DNA from: Longimicrobiales bacterium
GTDB lineage: Bacteria; Gemmatimonadota; Gemmatimonadetes; Longimicrobiales; Gaopeijiaceae
DNA: 64,000 bases
Assembly (NCBI GenBank): GCA_965238005.1
Contig: OZ250165.1
Coordinates: 3,808,001 to 3,872,000 of the forward strand
Reading direction: 5' to 3'
The position numbers were made by a program, and so were the translations under genes. The notes beneath the pieces are model-generated. The model was given only the letters and a program-made list of their open reading frames with translations, was not told where the DNA came from and ran no database searches. Numbering within the stretch: the first letter of the stretch is position 1; every line of letters starts with the position of its first letter. Shown here piece after piece: positions 58,979 through 64,000 of the stretch.

Positions 58979-61251
58979 GCGGGTGCTCCGGCGGTCCCCA
59001 TCCTTTCGTAGCAGGCGTATGCCGCCTCGATGAAGAGTTGAGCCTCCTCGACGCGCTCCCGGGCTTGGTCGGGCCTCCCGCCATTCCCTCCGACCTCGTG
59101 CGCTCGGAACAGATAGCTGGCGAACTTCGCTCCCGCGAATCGGTCGTGGAAGCGCTTCGTCTCATGGAAGCGGGTCCTGAACTCTTCCACGATATGATCG
59201 GGGTCGTCGGTGACGTCGAGGAATTCGGTCTTCACCAGAGCCTTCGCGGCGGACAGCATGGCTCGATAGGCCAGTTCCGTGGCCTTCGCCGAAGCCTCCG
59301 CGTCGAGGAAGAGCTGCGCTTCGAAGACCTCGCGCTCGCTGGCTTGCAGCCCGAACTCCACCAGCGGCAGCATCTCGCCCGCGCACTCACCCTCTCCGTA
59401 GTCCTCCATCGTGTACTCACGTGGATCGCCCCAGTCGGAGTAGTAGGAGGGATCTTCCGCGTAGCGAGGGACCGCGGTGAGGTCTTTCAGGAAGTCCTTC
59501 ACCTCCGCCTTGCCGAGGCGCTGAATGAACTCTCCGAAGGTCTCGTCCGCCGCGCGCTCCTTGACATACCGGTCTGTGACCCGCCGAACGACTTCGGGTA
59601 TCTTCTTCGACGGGATCGCGAGCGTCGCCAGGCCGTACGAGCCGGCGTTCTCGGTCCACTTCCCGCCGAGCACGACCTGGAAGTGCGGCACGAGGCGGCC
59701 GTCCTTCTTGCGGCTGATGCCGTAGAAACCGAGGTCAGCGACGTGGTGCTGTCCGCAGGAGTTGAAGCAGCCACTCGCCTTGATCCGCAGGCCCTTGATG
59801 GCGTCATCGGCGTCACCCAGCTGGCTCCGAAGCTCGGCCGCCAGGCCCCGGGACGAAGCGATCCCGAGCTTGCAGGTGTCGGTGCCCGGGCAGGCCGTGA
59901 TGTCCGCGATGCTTTCGGCACCGGCCTCGGCCAGGTCGACGGCCTCGAGGGCCGCGTGGAGGTGTGGGAGGTCGGCCTCCTTCACCCAGCGAAGCACGAT
60001 GTTCTGCTCCACCGTCAGCCGGACGTTGTCGCCCACGAAGTCGCGCGCGATGTCGGCCAGGGACCGCATCTGGTCCGACGTGATGTCTCCAAGCGGCAGC
60101 TTTGCCGTGGCCACCGCGTATCCTGCCTGTCGTTGGGGCCGGACGTTGGTCTGCTGCCAAGCGAGGAAGGCCGCAGAAAAGTCGCCGTTGGTTGGCGGGT
60201 CGAGCGGCCTTCCCTCCCCGAGCGGTCGCTCCTCGTAGGCGTCCAGCTCTTCGAGGTACGCCGTCCAACGGGGATCGTGTGGAAGCGCCGCCCGCTCTTC
60301 GAGCACCAGCTTGCGGAACTCGTCGATGCCGAGCTTGGCCACGAGGAACTTGATCCGTGCGCGCCCCCGATTCTTCTTCTCACCCAGTCGTGCGAAGACT
60401 CGGGCCACGGCCTGGGAAAGGGGCAACAACTCCTGCTCGGTCACAAACTCGTCCAGGAGCTTCGCCTGGTGCGGGATCGCGCCGAGCCCCCCGCCGACGT
60501 AGAAGCCGAACCCGCGCCGTAGCTTGCCGTCCTCCATGAGCTCCCTGGCGATCAGCCCCAGATCGTGCAGGCTCACGAGCCCGCACGCCTCACCCTCACA
60601 GCCCGAAAACGCGACCTTGAACTTGCGGCCGAGGTCCTGTACGTCGGGGTGACCCAGCAAGAACTCTTTGAGTGCCTCAGCGTACGGCGTGACGTCGAAG
60701 GTCTCCGTACGGCACACACCGGCGAGGTGGCAAGCCGTGACGTTGCGCACCGAGTTGCCGCAAGCTTCGCGCGTGGTGATCCCCACCGCGGCCAAGCGTC
60801 GCATGAGGTCGGGAGTGTCGTCGATATGGACGAAGTGGAGTTGGATGTCTTGGCGGGTCGTCACGTGGGAAATCCCGTCCGAGTAGTCCTCAGCCAGCTC
60901 CGCGAGCACGTCCATCTGCTCGGTCGTGACCTTCCCGTATGGGATCTTGATCCGGACCATGCCCGGCGCGTCCCACACGGTTTCGGCACCCTTCGTTTCG
61001 TGTTCCTGATAGCGCAGGCTCCGGTTTTGGGTCCCGTCGTGACGCTGACCGTTGTCGTAGCGCTGGCCGTAGACCCCACGTCGGAGACGAGTCTCCGCGA
61101 ACAGCCGCTCGTCGACCTCGCCTCGACTTCGGAGCTCCATCTGCATCTCGAAGACCTCGATCTCTCGACCGAGCTTGTCGGGGATCCGCCCCTTCAGCTT
61201 CTCACTCCAGGAGCCGGGCGTCCCTGTACTCTCGAGCACGCCTTCCATCAT
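58975..61251 (-). CDS. Siroheme/4Fe-4S nitrite/sulfite reductase hemoprotein with C-terminal extension
   Basis: RL.RG.YGQR, TTRQD.Q.H, G..VRN, RKFK, ACPG...CKLG, SGC.NSCGQH; extra helical C-terminal domain. Confidence 0.92.
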   Translation of the reverse strand: MMEGVLESTGTPGSWSEKLKGRIPDKLGREIEVFEMQMELRSRGEVDERLFAETRLRRGVYGQRYDNGQRHDGTQNRSLRYQEHETKGAETVWDAPGMVRIKIPYGKVTTEQMDVLAELAEDYSDGISHVTTRQDIQLHFVHIDDTPDLMRRLAAVGITTREACGNSVRNVTACHLAGVCRTETFDVTPYAEALKEFLLGHPDVQDLGRKFKVAFSGCEGEACGLVSLHDLGLIARELMEDGKLRRGFGFYVGGGLGAIPHQAKLLDEFVTEQELLPLSQAVARVFARLGEKKNRGRARIKFLVAKLGIDEFRKLVLEERAALPHDPRWTAYLEELDAYEERPLGEGRPLDPPTNGDFSAAFLAWQQTNVRPQRQAGYAVATAKLPLGDITSDQMRSLADIARDFVGDNVRLTVEQNIVLRWVKEADLPHLHAALEAVDLAEAGAESIADITACPGTDTCKLGIASSRGLAAELRSQLGDADDAIKGLRIKASGCFNSCGQHHVADLGFYGISRKKDGRLVPHFQVVLGGKWTENAGSYGLATLAIPSKKIPEVVRRVTDRYVKERAADETFGEFIQRLGKAEVKDFLKDLTAVPRYAEDPSYYSDWGDPREYTMEDYGEGECAGEMLPLVEFGLQASEREVFEAQLFLDAEASAKATELAYRAMLSAAKALVKTEFLDVTDDPDHIVEEFRTRFHETKRFHDRFAGAKFASYLFRAHEVGGNGGRPDQARERVEEAQLFIEAAYACYERMGTAGAPA

Positions 61252-61264
61252 CGTTCTCCTTCTC

Positions 61265-62704
61265 TCAGGCAACGCCCGCCGCCGCGCGCCCACCGTCGGC
61301 CACCACGGCGTATTCGTCGTTGCGTTCGCCCTTCAAGACTCCTCCCTCGTTTTCCAGCAGCCGCCGGGCCACCTCGCCTACGATGAGGGTCGCGGGCGAG
61401 CGGAGCTCCGACGCGCGGATTCTCTCGGCTAGCGTAGCGAGGGTTCCGACGACCATCCGTTCGTCGCTGCGGGAGGCGCGGCTCACGGCCACCGCGGGGG
61501 TGTCGGGTGCGCGCCCCTCGGAAGCGAGCCCCTCCAACACGTCTTCGGCCGATCCGAGTCCCATCAACACGATCACGGTTTCCTCTTCGGGAGGAAGCTC
61601 ACCACGCATGCGGCCACCGGCGTCGTGCCCGGTTCGCACCGTGAACCCCTTCGCGAGGCCGCGCTGGGTCAGGGGTGTTCCCGCAGCGGCGGGCGCGGCA
61701 ACCACGGCGCTCACGCCTGGTACAACCTCCCAGGAGATCCCGGCTGCAGTGAGGGCCTCCACTTCCTCGCCCCCCCGCCCGAAGACGAACGGGTCACCCC
61801 CGTGGAGGCGTACCACGCGTCTTCCGGAACTCGCCTCTCGGATCATGAGCGGAACCCTCCGATCCGAGGCTGAGACAACACGCTTGGACGCCCCCCGCGA
61901 ACGGTGCCCTACGTCGACCACCTTCGTGCCCGGAAGCGCGAGTTCCAACACCTCATCCTCCACGAGGGCATCGTGGAGGATGACGTCGGCCCGCTGGATC
62001 CGGTCCAGAGCACGCAACGTCAGAAGCTGCCGGCTGCCCGGTCCCGCACCCACGATCGCCACGGTCCCCGGGTCGAACGGCTCCTCCTCCTCCCAATACA
62101 TGGCCTCCAGGCGGCGCGCGGCCGTCTCCGTGTCACCCCGGTCCACCAGCTTGGTGATGGTGGGATCGAAGAGCGCCCTGAGGAGGCGGCCGCGTTGCCT
62201 GAGGCCCTTGAGGCCTCGAGAGCGAAGGCGGATGAGTAAGTCCGCCACCGACGTCAGGCTGCGGGGAATGGCCGCCTCCAGCAGCCGGCGAAGCTGCCCC
62301 GCCAGGAGCGGCGAGCCGCCGTCGGTGCTGATGGTCATCACCACAGGACCCCGGCGGACGATGGCCGGCGAGTAGAAGTCGCAGAAGGCCGGGTCATCCG
62401 CCGCGTTCACGAGGATGCCCCTAGCCCGGGCCGCTTCCGCCAGTCGGCGATTCACGGCGGGATCGTCCGTGGCGGCCACCACCACCTTGGCCCCCGAGAC
62501 GTCGTCGTCCCGGACGGGCCGCCGGTCGAAGCGCCACACCTCGGGCAGCCACGCCTGCATTTCCGGCGACACGCCTGGAGAGACGAGGTGGATCCTTGCG
62601 CCCGCGTGGATCAGCGGCACGATCTTCTCCGCCGCGACCCCGCCGCCCCCGGCCAGGAGGACGCGCCGGCCTTCCAACCCCACGAGCTGAATCGGATATC
62701 CCAT
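61265..62704 (-). CDS. cysG: Siroheme synthase (dehydrogenase/ferrochelatase plus uroporphyrinogen-III methyltransferase)
   Basis: GGG.VA..K, ATDD, VN.ADDP..CDF..P, IST.G.SP; VGAGPG, D.LV, GDPFVFGRGGEE, VVPGVS. Confidence 0.93.
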   Translation of the reverse strand: MGYPIQLVGLEGRRVLLAGGGGVAAEKIVPLIHAGARIHLVSPGVSPEMQAWLPEVWRFDRRPVRDDDVSGAKVVVAATDDPAVNRRLAEAARARGILVNAADDPAFCDFYSPAIVRRGPVVMTISTDGGSPLLAGQLRRLLEAAIPRSLTSVADLLIRLRSRGLKGLRQRGRLLRALFDPTITKLVDRGDTETAARRLEAMYWEEEEPFDPGTVAIVGAGPGSRQLLTLRALDRIQRADVILHDALVEDEVLELALPGTKVVDVGHRSRGASKRVVSASDRRVPLMIREASSGRRVVRLHGGDPFVFGRGGEEVEALTAAGISWEVVPGVSAVVAAPAAAGTPLTQRGLAKGFTVRTGHDAGGRMRGELPPEEETVIVLMGLGSAEDVLEGLASEGRAPDTPAVAVSRASRSDERMVVGTLATLAERIRASELRSPATLIVGEVARRLLENEGGVLKGERNDEYAVVADGGRAAAGVA

Positions 62705-62739
62705 ATGACAGCTCCAAGAGCTCCGAAGCTTCAGGAACG

Positions 62740-62773
62740 AAAAAAAACCCCGACCTCCTCAGGGAAGCCGGGG
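62740..62773 (-). terminator. Intrinsic terminator (attenuator) in the cysG leader
   Basis: CCCCGGCUUCC-cuga-GGAGGUCGGGG 11-bp stem followed by U8, 35 nt before the cysG ATG. Confidence 0.88.
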
Positions 62774-62795
62774 CTCGGGAGTCTCGCCGCGTCCG

Positions 62796-62879
62796 CTAGG
62801 GGCAGCCGGCTCCGGACCCGCCCTCCCGGGCCAGAGTCATGCGACAACAGCAACAAGCACAGTGATCAAAGCGGCTCAT
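62796..62879 (-). CDS. Poly-Cys leader peptide MSRFDHCACCCCRMTLAREGGSGAGCP
   Basis: ATG preceded by AGGGAGA; five Cys codons among codons 7-12; TAG stop 22 nt before the terminator hairpin. Confidence 0.8.
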   Translation of the reverse strand: MSRFDHCACCCCRMTLAREGGSGAGCP

Positions 62880-62937
62880 GTTCCAGGTGTCTCCCTGAGC
62901 GGTCGTGCGCCGATGCGTTCTGAATTCCAGGCTATAT

Positions 62938-62967
62938 AGATTAAGAGGACACTCCCGGCCGAGTCAA
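62938..62967 (-). promoter_or_regulatory. Putative sigma-70 promoter of the Cys leader/cysG operon
   Basis: TTGACT-N18-TAATCT in a locally AT-rich patch about 60 nt upstream of the leader ATG. Confidence 0.5.
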
Positions 62968-63101
62968 CGCCGCCGGCGGTAGTGGTACCCCGCCGGCGCA
63001 CACCGCCTGAGGACAGGACGGACGGATCCCCAACCCGACATCAGTGGCGCGTCGCTCCGTTTAGTTCGAGAGATACCGCTTGGCTTCTTGGAGACCGGCG
63101 T

Positions 63102-63158
63102 GACCGGAGTCGGGAGATCGGGCTGCGGCTCGCCATCGGAGCCGATGGGCGGCGAGTG
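63102..63158 (+). pseudogene. Short remnant of an ADOP/FtsX-type permease
   Basis: DRSREIGLRLAIGADGRRV matches the R.REIG.R.ALGA motif. Confidence 0.5.
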
Positions 63159-63467
63159 CCCGGGGGACGGCGTGTTCTGTCAACGTGACACCCGGGTCCG
63201 TTTCCTGGGACAGTCTCCCCGGCCGACCCTTCCCAACGGACTCCCTCCCGGCCCTCGAGATCGGCCCGTCACAACGACCCTTCGCATCCTGTAACTTATT
63301 GTTGTCTAATACGTAAGGGTGTAACACACGCTCCGGATGGCTCGGAACGTGGGTGAGAAAGCGGAGTTTGGCCCGCTTCCTGCATTTATGCAGTCCGACC
63401 GCCCGAGGCGGCGGTCTCAATCGTGGAAAGGGTCGAAACGACCTGGGAAGAGGTGGTGGAGAAGAAA

Positions 63468-63581
63468 ATGTTTACTGAAGTGACACGTATGACGCGAGCC
63501 ATGAAGGCGGTCCGCATGGGACTGATCGTTACGTCCTGGGCGTTCGTGGTCCTGGGCTTCATGCTGATGTACAACGCATGA
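63468..63581 (+). CDS. Putative 37-aa single-TM small protein
   Basis: GGAG RBS; MFTEVTRMTRAMKAVRMGLIVTSWAFVVLGFMLMYNA; hairpin right after the stop. Confidence 0.5.
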   Translation: MFTEVTRMTRAMKAVRMGLIVTSWAFVVLGFMLMYNA

Positions 63582-63816
63582 CCACTCGGGTGTCCGCCTG
63601 ACGGACGCCCTTACACTCTGCCAATATGGCAGACGACACGGCTGGATGGCAGGGATGGGTCCCGCCGAGGTGGCAGGAGAGGCTCCGTAGCCGAATGGCT
63701 GCGGGGCCTCTTGGGTTTTGGGTTGTGATCCATGCTCCGAGCCCCCACGTTGGTCGACCCTGCTGGACCTGCGACTGCGATGCCTGCAGCCGTGCAAAGG
63801 AGAAGACATACACGCC

Positions 63817-64000
63817 GTGATCTCGGATCCCCTCGCGGTCTTCCTGGTCCTTGCCGTCATCGTCCTCGTGGCGCTGAGCCTCGAGGTACGCTTCCCGCTC
63901 TTCCGGGCCCTCGGGGCCGCCCTGGTGGGGATCCTCATGGGCATGCTGCTGTCCAATACCGGCGTGCTCCCGGGGGAGTCGGCCGCGTACGAGCTCCTCA
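63817..64000 (+). CDS. DUF819-family membrane protein (5' part, runs off the window)
   Basis: GTG start, AAGGAG upstream; hydrophobic N-terminus with LSN.G.LP..S..Y motif. Confidence 0.7.
   Translation, partial: MISDPLAVFLVLAVIVLVALSLEVRFPLFRALGAALVGILMGMLLSNTGVLPGESAAYELL

Noticed and set aside
63288..63325. AT-rich patch as a dif (XerCD) site
   Set aside because: Only a weak match to the XerD arm and the wrong central spacing.
63626..63820. 64-aa ORF with CWTCDCDAC as a metal-binding protein or second Cys leader
   Set aside because: No clear RBS, it overlaps strong hairpins, the Cys codons are not contiguous, and no terminator follows.

Overview
GC-rich bacterial chromosomal window. Gene content (ruvCAB-queA, ADOP-type ABC permease remnants, a kinase-type C-terminal tail, paired M16 peptidases) suggests a Gemmatimonadota-like genome; this is inference, not a database result. 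The backbone is mostly minus-strand housekeeping genes: queA, ruvB/A/C, yebC, an EF-G2-like GTPase, rhomboid, ddl, cystathionine beta-synthase, mutS, holA, two ECF sigma/anti-sigma pairs, four M16 peptidases and apgM. It is interrupted by an frdABCD fumarate reductase block, an IS630, an IS1182, an IS630-related MITE (one full and one partial copy), a group IIC intron fragment and many gene remnants. The best unannotated signal is a 27-codon poly-Cys leader ORF with a competing antiterminator/terminator upstream of cysG-sulfite reductase-hypothetical-DUF4202, i.e. a probable cysteine-sensing transcriptional attenuator. Other highlights: a receiver-TM-SPOR fusion gene made by tandem duplication, two parS/NBS-like palindromes, a candidate 6S-like RNA, and CTAG ends on all three transposable element types. 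All calls come from reading the sequence and recalled motifs; no searches were run.
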